From Candidatus Bathyarchaeia archaeon (GTDB lineage: Archaea; Thermoproteota; CALKCG01; B24): 64,000 nt of DNA. Of this stretch, positions 40,326 through 49,520 are shown in pieces. Both the position numbers and the translations under genes were made by a program. A model generated the notes under the pieces. That model worked only from the letters and a program-made list of their open reading frames with translations, was not told the origin of the DNA and made no database searches. The stretch spans positions 864,001 to 928,000 of the forward strand of contig JAVZJD010000001.1 of the NCBI GenBank assembly GCA_038870975.1. Reading direction: 5' to 3'. Within the stretch, counting starts at the first letter, position 1. Every line of letters starts with the position of its first letter.

Positions 40326-41084
40326 ATGTTAGATGCCGTCATTCTAGCCGCCGGTAGAGGCACTAGGATGAGGCCCTACTCTAACGCGGTTAACAAGGAG
40401 ATGTGTCTCATAGGCTATCACCCTATCATAGAGTACTCGGTCAGAGGCTTAGCCTCAGCAGGCTTAAAAAGAGTATTCGTAGTCTTGGGAGAGCGTAAAA
40501 GCCAGATAATGGAGTACCTTCGAGACGGCTCAGACCTAGGCATACGCATAGCCTACCTATTCCAAGATATGAAGCACGGTGAAGGAACCGCTAAAGCGGT
40601 CGAGGCGGCTGAGGGATGGATAAGTGGAGACTTCATGGTCATCTACGGAGACAGCTTCTTCCACCCTACAGACTTCTTCAAGGAAATAGTCCAGCTACAC
40701 GTGGCTAAAAAGCCTCATGCAACCATGGGCGTATATTTAATGAGCCGATACAGAGAGTTCGGGCTTCTAAAAGTGGAAAGTGGATTGGTTGAAGACAGCC
40801 TAGAAAGGCCATCTGAGGCGGAGGCTGAAGAAGCCAAGATAAACGGCCTATACCCTGTGAACTCTGGACCCATGATATTCAACCCCACCGTCTTCGACTA
40901 CATAAAGAGAACATCCATATCCCCAGCTGGCGAATACTGGATAACCGATACCGTAAAGCTCATGATACGGGATGGGCTTAAAATCCAAGCATACATAATA
41001 CCCCGAACCGTATTCTGGAGAGACATAGGGAGACCTGAAGCGAGAATAGAAGCAGAAAAGTATATGCTTGGAAAACAGCCATAA
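40326..41084 (+). CDS. Sugar-1-phosphate nucleotidyltransferase
   Basis: AVILAAGRGTRMRP, GTAKAV, YGD, GEYWITD, WRDIG. Confidence 0.9.
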   Translation: MLDAVILAAGRGTRMRPYSNAVNKEMCLIGYHPIIEYSVRGLASAGLKRVFVVLGERKSQIMEYLRDGSDLGIRIAYLFQDMKHGEGTAKAVEAAEGWISGDFMVIYGDSFFHPTDFFKEIVQLHVAKKPHATMGVYLMSRYREFGLLKVESGLVEDSLERPSEAEAEEAKINGLYPVNSGPMIFNPTVFDYIKRTSISPAGEYWITDTVKLMIRDGLKIQAYIIPRTVFWRDIGRPEARIEAEKYMLGKQP

Positions 41085-41149
41085 GAGAGTGAACTAAGCT
41101 AGTCGTAATTCTTCTCAGCTTCAAACCTGACATATGCCATTAGGTTTCT

Positions 41150-41338
41150 ATGCAATCTTATATGAGTAAGCCTAGGCGTTTCACGCTAGCCTCAACCTCC
41201 TCAGACGGACGTGTTGAGAAGCGTGAAAACCTAGATGTCGAACAGCTCATAGGCGAAGTATATTTAACCCTACGTAGGCTTATAGAAGAACTCTTAAACA
41301 TAAAAGAGGTGAGAATAGAAGTAGAGAACATTTTATAA
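41150..41338 (+). CDS. Small hypothetical protein
   Basis: 62 aa ORF with coding-like composition; no motif. Confidence 0.4.
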   Translation: MQSYMSKPRRFTLASTSSDGRVEKRENLDVEQLIGEVYLTLRRLIEELLNIKEVRIEVENIL

Positions 41339-41570
41339 CTATCCAACTACTTTCAAACAGAGCTTTTTAAAATATTTTGAATCATAGTAGGCATATCGTC
41401 TTCTTCCTGTCCCCCCATTTAAGAGACAGAAAAACCCGCTTCTTATATTTGGTAGCAGTTCTATATGACCGTATATGCGAAGTACTGTCCATTATTTTTA
41501 CGACACGATAACGTATAGAGACGGAAGCCTATTTATTCCAGTACTATTAGTTTAGTTTTGAAAGAGGTAA

Positions 41571-41702
41571 ATGTCTAGTCAGGAAAAATTGAGATCAATA
41601 CTTGGTAGGTTTTATAGTCTTATTAGAGAAGTTTTAGAGAGGCGTGAAAGCGGTCTCAGGTTTAATATTCCATTCCTTAGCGCTAGCGAGATTTCTGAGC
41701 AG
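41571..41702 (+). pseudogene. N-terminal fragment of a Cas4-like/PD-(D/E)XK nuclease
   Basis: GAGG SD; LRFNIPFLSASEISEQ resembles the S.S.I..Y..C start of these nucleases and stops abruptly at the junction with vapC. Confidence 0.4.
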
Positions 41703-41927
41703 GAAGAAACGTCTAGCCGTATTGTAGTCTTCCTCGCTTATTCTGTTGAGGTATTTGGCTCTATCTAGCACTCCTAAAACTTCGCCGATATTCCATGTGC
41801 TGAAGGCGAGTTTCACATCCCCGGTATACGTTTTGACGTATAGTTCTCTGACTTTATCGGTGCCAGCCTCTTCAATATACCTTTTAACTATTGCGCTACT
41901 GTCTAGATATGCTGTCTGCCCGTTCAT
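41700..41927 (-). pseudogene. vapC: C-terminally truncated VapC PIN toxin
   Basis: YLDSSAIVKRYIEEAG, STWNIGEVLGVLD; lacks the C-terminal conserved Asp motifs and runs into the antisense strand of the nuclease fragment. Confidence 0.75.
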
Positions 41928-42168
41928 CCCTCATCGCCCTGATAAGCTCGCTTACAGAACCCTCCCTAGGTTTTACGGGTTTAAACTCCAGCTCGTAGAA
42001 TCCTAAACCTGTCAACTCCTCTAGGGCTTTATCTACGTAATCCATCAACTCCTCGCGAATAACCTCCTCGAGTAGGATGCTTAATTCTACCCCCTCTTCC
42101 AAGGCGCGTCTTTTAAGCCTACGCCAGAGTTCATCATCAACATAGACGCTGCTTTTCTTTCTAGCCAT
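41896..42168 (-). CDS. vapB: VapB/CopG-like RHH antitoxin
   Basis: MARKKSSVYVDDELWRRLK..A....ELS.LLEE; SVSELIRAMRD; overlaps the vapC start. Confidence 0.8.
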   Translation of the reverse strand: MARKKSSVYVDDELWRRLKRRALEEGVELSILLEEVIREELMDYVDKALEELTGLGFYELEFKPVKPREGSVSELIRAMRDERADSISRQ

Positions 42169-42514
42169 ATAGAAACCTATAGGTATATACTGATAAACCA
42201 TATTTAAATTTTCCCAGCCTTAACAGGTTGTTGAAGCGAAACCTAAACTTGAAGACGCTTAATCTAAAGTTTAGTATTCCGGTAGTCTGGAGATTCAGCT
42301 TATTTCAACGGTTTCTCCGCTTGGACTAAAGGATCTGCTTGACACGGCTGTTGAAAAGTATAGAATTGAAACTTCTGTAGAAAGGGAGGATTGTATGGAG
42401 CTTCCGTTAGATTGTTTGTTCAAGTTCCCCTAAAATCTTCCTTGGTCTTATAGGTTTGTTTGAATGTTTTATGTTGAAAGCGTCTAAGAGCCGCCTTATG
42501 CTACTTGAATATGT

Positions 42515-42615
42515 ATGGGTGTTTTCAGGGATAGGGATAGGCTTCTACCAGACTTTCCGATCGAGGATTACTGGGATAGCCTCCCGTATAGGGATTTTGA
42601 GCTTAAAAAGCTCGG
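42515..42615 (+). pseudogene. N-terminal fragment of an Orc1/Cdc6-like protein
   Basis: MGVFRDRDRLLPDF....SLPYRDFELKKL resembles the F.D...L.PDY.P..LPHRE start of Cdc6; no Walker A follows. Confidence 0.5.
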
Positions 42616-42998
42616 TATGGTGAGGATCCTTATGATGAAGGAGACCTCTAAAATCACTTGCCCAGTTAAACGAGGGGGAAAAACCTCGGGAGTAGCATAC
42701 TCCTACGAGCATGGGGTTCAGCAATGCTGTGGATCGCTCAGAATCATGTGAAACGTATACAGATGGTTTCGTTTAAACCCATACGACAAGCTGAACACAT
42801 CACACCATAGAAGTGCCTCCAAACACTCAAACCCACTTAAAACTCCGCTGAAAAATATGGGTCGACGAATTTAAAGCCAAGAGGAGAATATGGAAAACCA
42901 GGGAAATACTACCTTGATAATTTAGAGTAAAATACAGGATAGAGGGGAGGGGATATAACCCCCACAATAAGCTCCATAATCATCCATAAAACTCAGTA

Positions 42999-43085
42999 CT
43001 TTCAATTCTCTCTATGAGATTCGATGAGTACAGTTTACGGTTTAGAGTAAAATTTCACCTACTTTCAATTCTCTCTATGAGGTTC
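42999..43085 (-). CRISPR. Inverted CRISPR mini-array: 2 repeats and 1 spacer (39 bp)
   Basis: CTTTCAATTCTCTCTATGAGATTC at 42999-43022 and a one-mismatch copy at 43062-43085, the reverse complement of the main repeat. Confidence 0.92.
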
Positions 43086-43207
43086 TTCCACTTGGGCTTC
43101 GGTGGAAATCCATACCTTAAATGCAGATTAAGCACCACCGAAGTAGCACCACAAAATTTAAATGCAGAAAACGCTCTAACAACGAAATAGAGCAAGAAAA
43201 ACCCTCG
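43086..43207 (+). promoter_or_regulatory. CRISPR leader/promoter region between the divergent arrays
   Basis: CAAAA-TTTAAAT BRE/TATA-like element at about 43152-43163; A-rich; ends GAAAAACCCTCG at the first repeat. Confidence 0.65.
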
Positions 43208-44600
43208 GAATCTCATAGAGAGAATTGAAAGAGCCTTCCTCTTGCTATTAACCCGAAGTTCACATATACATCCAGAATCTCATAGAGAGAATTGAAAGCT
43301 TCGCTGTACGAGGAAGAGAAGAACATTCTGACGGCTATCTGGAATCTCATAGAGAGAATTGAAAGTTCGCAAGGTGGCTGGGCATTCTGACCGTGGACGA
43401 GAAGAATCTCATAGAGAGAATTGAAAGGAATGATGTCGGCGGGAGAGTCGTCTACGGGAGGAGACGGCGGAATCTCATAGAGAGAATTGAAAGAGCTTTT
43501 TAGCGCGTTCTGCTACTTCTCTTTCTCTTGGGAATCTCATAGAGAGAATTGAAAGTTTGAGATTCCGAGCTAGAAGCGCATCTGTAAACTTCCATCCGAA
43601 TCTCATAGAGAGAATTGAAAGAGGATCGTATGAAAGCCAGAATATTTATCGCTCTCCCATCCAGAATCTCATAGAGAGAATTGAAAGTGAGAAAATGGCG
43701 ATGGCAAACCGCGCTGGCAGGCTGATAAGGCAGTATCTCGGAATCTCATAGAGAGAATTGAAAGCTGGCTCAGGCTTGGGCTTTGGAGCCTTGGCTCTCT
43801 CTGAATCTCATAGAGAGAATTGAAAGGAATTGAAAACTCTGATTCCAACGGTCGAAGATGTGTCTAGAATCTCATAGAGAGAATTGAAAGTTATTATGAC
43901 GAGTATGAAGAGGTAAATAACGTACACGAATCTCATAGAGAGAATTGAAAGTTTTAGTCTTTACCTTAATTTTTTCAACCGTCTCTGAATCTCATAGAGA
44001 GAATTGAAAGGACACATATGCTTTTACTGTACAAGTCAAGAGACTTGATTTACCTGAATCTCATAGAGAGAATTGAAAGGATGTATGTAAGCCAGAATAT
44101 GAATTTAACGTGTTTGTTGAATCTCATAGAGAGAATTGAAAGTACTTCAATTTTTAGACATTTTGCACATTTAGATATTTTCTGGAATCTCATAGAGAGA
44201 ATTGAAAGCAAATCCATAAGGGAAGCTTTTAGCTCTAACGGGAGGCTCGAGAATCTCATAGAGAGAATTGAAAGAGCCATCTATCTGCTGAGCTTCCCAT
44301 ATCCGACCTACGGAATCTCATAGAGAGAATTGAAAGTTCTTTCACTCAACTTTTCTTGTATTCATGTTTTCTAGAATCTCATAGAGAGAATTGAAAGTCT
44401 GTAGCTACGTATATCATGTATCCGACGCCTATACCCGCCACGATCCCCGAATCTCATAGAGAGAATTGAAAGCACATTTCTTTTTCCCACGTTATTGCCG
44501 ACAACAGGAGGTGTTGGAATCTCATAGAGAGAATTGAAAGACGTCTGGCTTGAAAGTAGACTAAGCCACAATGATTGAATCTCATAGAGAGAATTGAAAG
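43208..44600 (+). CRISPR. CRISPR array, 22 identical 24-bp repeats GAATCTCATAGAGAGAATTGAAAG and 21 spacers of 35-53 bp; no intact cas genes in window
   Basis: Repeats read directly from 43208 to 44577-44600; the ATTGAAAG 3' end implies plus-strand crRNA orientation. Confidence 0.98.
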
Positions 44601-44711
44601 AGCTCCATCAGAAAGACTAAATGGTGACGCTGAGAAGCTTCTCCCACCTCAGAGTAAACCGCGGTCATTCACAAAGAATAACGCTAAAAGGAGTAAGTTG
44701 AAAAACTTAAT

Positions 44712-45791
44712 TTGGAGATTGAGGAGTTAAATCTAACCGTGCTCTTAAACGGTTTAGATATGAACTATACCCCTCTTATGAGAGAGCTTGGTTTAAAATG
44801 GAGAGATAGGGATGGAAGGGAAATAGACAACCTACTAGCATTTTTCAAAGGCAAGGGAGTAAACTGCCTCAGAGTTCGAATATGGTTTGGCGGTTCAGGC
44901 CCCTCAAGACTACCCTATGCTTTAAAACTGGCTGAAGAAGCCTACACTTTGGACTTTAAAATCCAGCCTACGATTTTCCTATCCGATGGCTGGGCCGACC
45001 TTTATAAGCAGCCTGAGCCGAAGGATTGGGCTTCACTTAGCCTCCAAAGCAGATTGAACAAGATTAAATCGTACGTCTCCAACGTCGTCGAATCTTTAAC
45101 GCCTATTATGGATAATTGCGTATACTTCCAGGTTGGGAATGAAATAGACTATGGAATATGCGGATTCTATGCACGCGATGGGAAGAAGAGGAAGAACTTT
45201 GAATGGCTTAGAAAACACGTATGGAAATATGAATCTATAATCCTGAGTGAATCGTTTAAAACCATTAAAACCTTCTGTGGGAAACCCGTCGCCCTACACC
45301 TAGGTAAGTGGTGGGATCTAGAGTTGATATCGTCCTTCCTCTCAGCGATGGATGAATTTAAAGTTGAATACGAAATCCTATGCTTCTCCTTCTACCCTTC
45401 GATGTTTGGAGCAAGCTTAAACCAATTGGAAGGGCTTAGAAAGATAGCTGAAGAAAGAGGGAAGCTTATTGCAATAGCGGAATACGCGTATCCAAGCTGT
45501 CCAGTTAAAGGACAATTCTGGTTTATGAGTAAACCTTCACCCGGCTACTCGTTGACCCCTGAAGGGCAGTCCTTATGGTTGAAAGACTTTCTAACCCACT
45601 GTAAAAGGTTGAACGTGTACGCAACTTTCTACTGGAGCCCAGAACTCTACCTTATGAAGAATCAAATTAAAAAGTTATACGTATCGGAGGAGATGCCTCT
45701 AGACTTCGGCTGGGGGCCGATGTCCCTCTTCGATGAAAAAGGATATGCTAAACCATGCGTGGAATCGCTATCCCATGGTGTAGCGGACTGA
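44712..45791 (+). CDS. Glycoside hydrolase family 53 (endo-1,4-beta-galactanase-like)
   Basis: GVNCLRVRIW, SDGWAD, QVGNEI, SFYP, IAEYAYP, TPEGQ, FYWSPE. Confidence 0.8.
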   Translation: MEIEELNLTVLLNGLDMNYTPLMRELGLKWRDRDGREIDNLLAFFKGKGVNCLRVRIWFGGSGPSRLPYALKLAEEAYTLDFKIQPTIFLSDGWADLYKQPEPKDWASLSLQSRLNKIKSYVSNVVESLTPIMDNCVYFQVGNEIDYGICGFYARDGKKRKNFEWLRKHVWKYESIILSESFKTIKTFCGKPVALHLGKWWDLELISSFLSAMDEFKVEYEILCFSFYPSMFGASLNQLEGLRKIAEERGKLIAIAEYAYPSCPVKGQFWFMSKPSPGYSLTPEGQSLWLKDFLTHCKRLNVYATFYWSPELYLMKNQIKKLYVSEEMPLDFGWGPMSLFDEKGYAKPCVESLSHGVAD

Positions 45792-45856
45792 ATTGAAAAC
45801 CGAGGGATTAGAAAAACATATAGGCATCCCCCCTTCTGGTTAGAAACTGGAGAACT

Positions 45857-46291
45857 ATGCCTAAGACACCTAAGGATCTGGTTGAAGTAGAAGCCTATGC
45901 TCATGCTACGGAGGACCCTTCTAAAGTTGAAGAAGCCGTTAGAAACATTCTACTTGAAACTGTTAGAGATAGAATTAAGCTGGAGAAGACTACGCTCAGA
46001 GGACATTACGGTAATCCGATAATCGTCTACCGTGGTAGTATTGAAAACGTCTCTGAAGAGTTCCTCCTAAGCTTGATTAAACGGATGTCTCCCGAGGATA
46101 GACTCTCCCTTAAAACATCGCTCGATACACATCTAGGTAGGCACAACATTCTATACTTAAGATTCAATAAGCAGGAAGCCTATCTTGGGCGTTTAAAACT
46201 AGACCAGATGGACGCAATATGCTTAAGGTTGAAGTTTAAACCCCACGTTTTCGAAAGGCTTCCAAAACTCATAGAGTCTAAGGAGGGGTAG
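45857..46291 (+). CDS. Exosome-operon RNA-binding protein (COG1325-like)
   Basis: HATED..KV, GHYGNPI, LYLRFNKQEAY.G. Confidence 0.88.
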   Translation: MPKTPKDLVEVEAYAHATEDPSKVEEAVRNILLETVRDRIKLEKTTLRGHYGNPIIVYRGSIENVSEEFLLSLIKRMSPEDRLSLKTSLDTHLGRHNILYLRFNKQEAYLGRLKLDQMDAICLRLKFKPHVFERLPKLIESKEG

Positions 46292-46350
46292 ACTTCACCA
46301 GAGTTTTCCACGACCTCCACATAGTCTTCAACGAATCTGAGGTCAATCGA

Positions 46351-46983
46351 ATGCTTTCTACGGCTGGGAGACTGGGTTTTTCAGTCGTAGGATTAACCTT
46401 TGAAGACTTCAACGTGAAACCTCTAACTGTTGAACCTCCGGAAAACCTCAAGGTTGTTTGGAGGATTGACCTTACCCACGATAAGGCTCAGCCAAAGACC
46501 ATAGATAAGCTTAGAAAGCTGTTTCCAATAGTGGCTGTTTCCTGCAGCTCTAGAGATCAGTTTAGAGCTGCTTTAAAAACACGTACGGATTTGATCTTTC
46601 AGAAAAAGCTTTTCACGTTAACTCTTTCAGACGTCAGAGTTCTAGCTTCTTCAGGTAAATTCTTCGAATTCAACCTTAAACCTCTAATTTACGCTAGAGG
46701 GTTTGAAATGGTTAAAGCCATTAGAACAATACGTAGAAACATTAAACTCCTGAAGAAGATGGAAATACCGATTGTAATCTCAAGCTGGGCTTCCAACACC
46801 TATGAGCTCACTTCACCTCTTGAGCTTCCCCAGTTTCTAGCTTTAGCAGATGTAAACGTCCAAGAATTCTACCGATGTGTCTCAGAAGAACCCGCCAGAC
46901 TGGTTGAACTGTCTAATTCTAGGCGTATTGGGCTCCCAAACGGCGTTAGAATTCTAAAACGTGAAAACCATGAAGACGTTTAA
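46351..46983 (+). CDS. rnp3: RNase P protein component 3 (Rpp30); homology appears to extend upstream of this ATG
   Basis: Superoperon position; LGFSVVG, IVAV, FEFNLKPL, PIVISSWA; in-frame upstream FHDLHI. Confidence 0.78.
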   Translation: MLSTAGRLGFSVVGLTFEDFNVKPLTVEPPENLKVVWRIDLTHDKAQPKTIDKLRKLFPIVAVSCSSRDQFRAALKTRTDLIFQKKLFTLTLSDVRVLASSGKFFEFNLKPLIYARGFEMVKAIRTIRRNIKLLKKMEIPIVISSWASNTYELTSPLELPQFLALADVNVQEFYRCVSEEPARLVELSNSRRIGLPNGVRILKRENHEDV

Positions 46984-47299
46984 AACTAGATACTTGGCTT
47001 TAAAATTCGAATGCGACGGAGAAATCGATAGAGACGTTTTCTGGAATTGTCTGATTGAAACATACCTACGTCTATACGGTGAATACGGTTTTAGCAAGGC
47101 CAACATTAGACTTCTAGAGTTTAAAGGCAAATCCGCCATCATCTCTGTAGACCACGCGGCTCTACCATATCTTAGAGCCGCTTTAACCATGATCAGAGAG
47201 TTGAACGGCGTTAAGACAATAGTACGAGTCTTAGGCGTCTCAGGCACTATTAAACGTCTTAAGGCCAAATTCCTCTCTGAAAATGTTGGAAAATCATAA
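46961..47299 (+). CDS. rnp2: RNase P protein component 2 (Pop5/Rpp14)
   Basis: RYLA, LYGEYG, LRAAL, VLGVSGTIKRLK. Confidence 0.88.
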   Translation: MKTMKTFKTRYLALKFECDGEIDRDVFWNCLIETYLRLYGEYGFSKANIRLLEFKGKSAIISVDHAALPYLRAALTMIRELNGVKTIVRVLGVSGTIKRLKAKFLSENVGKS

Positions 47300-47393
47300 A
47301 ACTTTTTAGGAGCCGATTACATATTAATTTAGACTTCCTCGGATTGATTTTAAAAACTGCATATTGTTAAAACGATAAGTTTGAGGTTGAGAG

Positions 47394-48116
47394 GTGTTGG
47401 AAATGTTCGCAGCACAGGGAGCATACGACAGGGTTATCACAATATTCTCCCCAGAGGGTAGACTATACCAGGTTGAATACGCTGTTGAAGCAGTTAAAAG
47501 GGGAGCCGCGGTTGTTGGATTAGCATGTAAATCATGCTGCGTTCTAGCTGCTGAAGAAAGACCCCCATCTAAACTTTTGGATGAAAATTTCACATGGAAA
47601 ATTTTCAAAATAGATGATCACATAGGTGTTGCAATAGCTGGATTTGGACCAGACGCCAGACTCCTAGTAGATCAAGCTAGGATTTACGCTCAAAGCAACA
47701 AGCTCATGTACGATGAGCCTATAGACGTTGAAGTCTTGGTTAAACGTATAGCCGATATTAAGCAGATGTATACTCAACACGCCGGAGTTAGACCGTTTGG
47801 AGTAGCACTCCTCTTCGGAGGAGTAGACAGATACGGAGCCAGACTATTCGTAACTCTACCAGGTGGAGATTACTGGTGCTATAAAGCCACATCCGTAGGA
47901 ATGGGCAGTGAAGCCGCTGTAGAATATCTAGAAGCAAACTATAAGCCGGATTTAACCACTGACGAGGCGGTAGGAATGGTGGTTAAAGCCTTGGTTAAAG
48001 CAAGCGGAGGCAAAAGTGAAGATAGAAGGTTTAAACTTGCCGTGATCCCGGTTGAAACAAAACAGTTCAGAATACTAACCGATGGAGAAGTCTCAGAATA
48101 CCTTAAGAAGGCTTAA
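47394..48116 (+). CDS. psmA: Proteasome alpha subunit
   Basis: YDRVITIFSPEGRLYQVEYA, YTQHAGVRPFGV. Confidence 0.96.
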   Translation: MLEMFAAQGAYDRVITIFSPEGRLYQVEYAVEAVKRGAAVVGLACKSCCVLAAEERPPSKLLDENFTWKIFKIDDHIGVAIAGFGPDARLLVDQARIYAQSNKLMYDEPIDVEVLVKRIADIKQMYTQHAGVRPFGVALLFGGVDRYGARLFVTLPGGDYWCYKATSVGMGSEAAVEYLEANYKPDLTTDEAVGMVVKALVKASGGKSEDRRFKLAVIPVETKQFRILTDGEVSEYLKKA

Positions 48117-48130
48117 AGCGGGAATGAAAA

Positions 48131-48820
48131 ATGTCCGAACATCATGTTTTAGCTAGACTACAGATATCTGGTGAAAAATTCGAAGTAATTGTCAACCCAG
48201 ATTTCGCATTAAACTATAGACTCGGCAAGATAAACGATATAGATAAGGTTTTAATAGCGTATGAAATCTACACAGACGTAAGGAAGGGGTTGAAAGCACC
48301 CTCTGAAAAGCTCATGAAGTACTTTAAGACGACAGACGTGAGGAAAATAGCCGACATCATAGTTAAACAAGGAGAGCTTCAGATAACGGCTGAGCAGAGG
48401 AGAAAGCTGATAGAAGAAAAGAAGAAACAGATAATAGCCTTCATAGCTAAAAACTGTATAGACCCTAGGACAAACCACCCCATTCCAGCTTTAAGAGTCG
48501 AACAAGCCATGGAGCAGGTCAAGGTATCTATAGACCCGTTTAAAGAAGCCGAAGGCCAGGCTTTAAAAATCATAGAAGCGTTGAAGCCGATTTTACCGCT
48601 TAAAATCGAAAGAGTAAAGCTAGAGGTTAAAGTTAAACCTGAGTACGCTCCTAAGATGTACAACTTTGTAAAAAGCTACGGCTATCTGGAGAAAGAAGTG
48701 TGGCTTAGCGACGGCTCGTGGACGGCGAACGTAGACATTCCAGCTGGGCTTCAAGCCGAGTTCCTAGATAAGCTTAACAAGCTTACAAAAGGTACGGCTC
48801 AAGTCAGAATCTTAAAGTAG
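48131..48820 (+). CDS. Ribosome maturation factor SBDS/Sdo1
   Basis: GEKFEVIV.P, GELQITAEQRR, IDPRT..P. Confidence 0.94.
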   Translation: MSEHHVLARLQISGEKFEVIVNPDFALNYRLGKINDIDKVLIAYEIYTDVRKGLKAPSEKLMKYFKTTDVRKIADIIVKQGELQITAEQRRKLIEEKKKQIIAFIAKNCIDPRTNHPIPALRVEQAMEQVKVSIDPFKEAEGQALKIIEALKPILPLKIERVKLEVKVKPEYAPKMYNFVKSYGYLEKEVWLSDGSWTANVDIPAGLQAEFLDKLNKLTKGTAQVRILK

Positions 48821-48833
48821 GTAGGTAGCACAT

Positions 48834-49520
48834 ATGAGTGAACGTAGAATAGTTTTACCCGGTGAGCTTATAGCAGAAGGCGACTACCAGCCTGGTTTAA
48901 ACACCTTCAAACAAGGCGAGAAGATTTATGCGTCTAAAATAGGCGTACTTTCCATAGTTAAACAAACGGTCTCCGTAATAGCCTTACACGGCGTTTACGA
49001 GCCTAAAGTCGGAGACACCGTCATAGGTAAGGTCATAGACGTCGGAACTTTCAGCTGGACTGTTGATATAAAGTCGCCTTATACAGCTGTTTTAAATGCA
49101 TCCGACTACTTCAAAGGTAGGTTTAACCCAGCTAGAGACTCTCTAATCAAAGCTTTAAAGCCTGGAGACATGATAATAGCACAGATTGCAGACTTCGATA
49201 GAACTAAGAACCCCGTACTAACAGTCCAAGGCCCTGGTCTAGGGGTTATAACTAAAGGAGTCGTAGTTGAACTGTCTCCTTCAAAAATACCTAGACTCAT
49301 AGGTAGGAAAGGCTCTATGATAAACCTACTGAAGAAAGAGGGTAGATGCAACATAACAATAGGTAAGAACGGTTTAATCCACATAGTTGGTGAAAAGCCT
49401 GAAGATGAAGAGCTGGTCGCTCAGGCAATAGGAAAAATAGAGAAGGAAGCTCACACAACAGGTTTAACAGATAGAATCATGAGGTTTATGAAGAAAGGGA
49501 GGGGTTTAAATGTCGACTGA
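48834..49520 (+). CDS. rrp4: Exosome RNA-binding protein Rrp4
   Basis: [34 protein letters not shown]. Confidence 0.94.
   Translation: MSERRIVLPGELIAEGDYQPGLNTFKQGEKIYASKIGVLSIVKQTVSVIALHGVYEPKVGDTVIGKVIDVGTFSWTVDIKSPYTAVLNASDYFKGRFNPARDSLIKALKPGDMIIAQIADFDRTKNPVLTVQGPGLGVITKGVVVELSPSKIPRLIGRKGSMINLLKKEGRCNITIGKNGLIHIVGEKPEDEELVAQAIGKIEKEAHTTGLTDRIMRFMKKGRGLNVD

Noticed and set aside
42362-42371. AGAATTGAAA as a degenerate CRISPR repeat
   Set aside because: Only 10 bp match, no periodic partner
42655-42685. ORB-like CCCAGTTAAACGAGGGGG near the cdc6 fragment as a replication origin
   Set aside because: Single weak match, no repeated ORBs, and cdc6 is only a fragment
43557-44571. ORFs with repeated NLIERIE or LSILSMRF
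   Set aside because: Translations of CRISPR repeats, not genes
43232-44576. Self-targeting by main-array spacers
   Set aside because: No match noticed by eye, but an exhaustive alignment could not be run; untested rather than excluded
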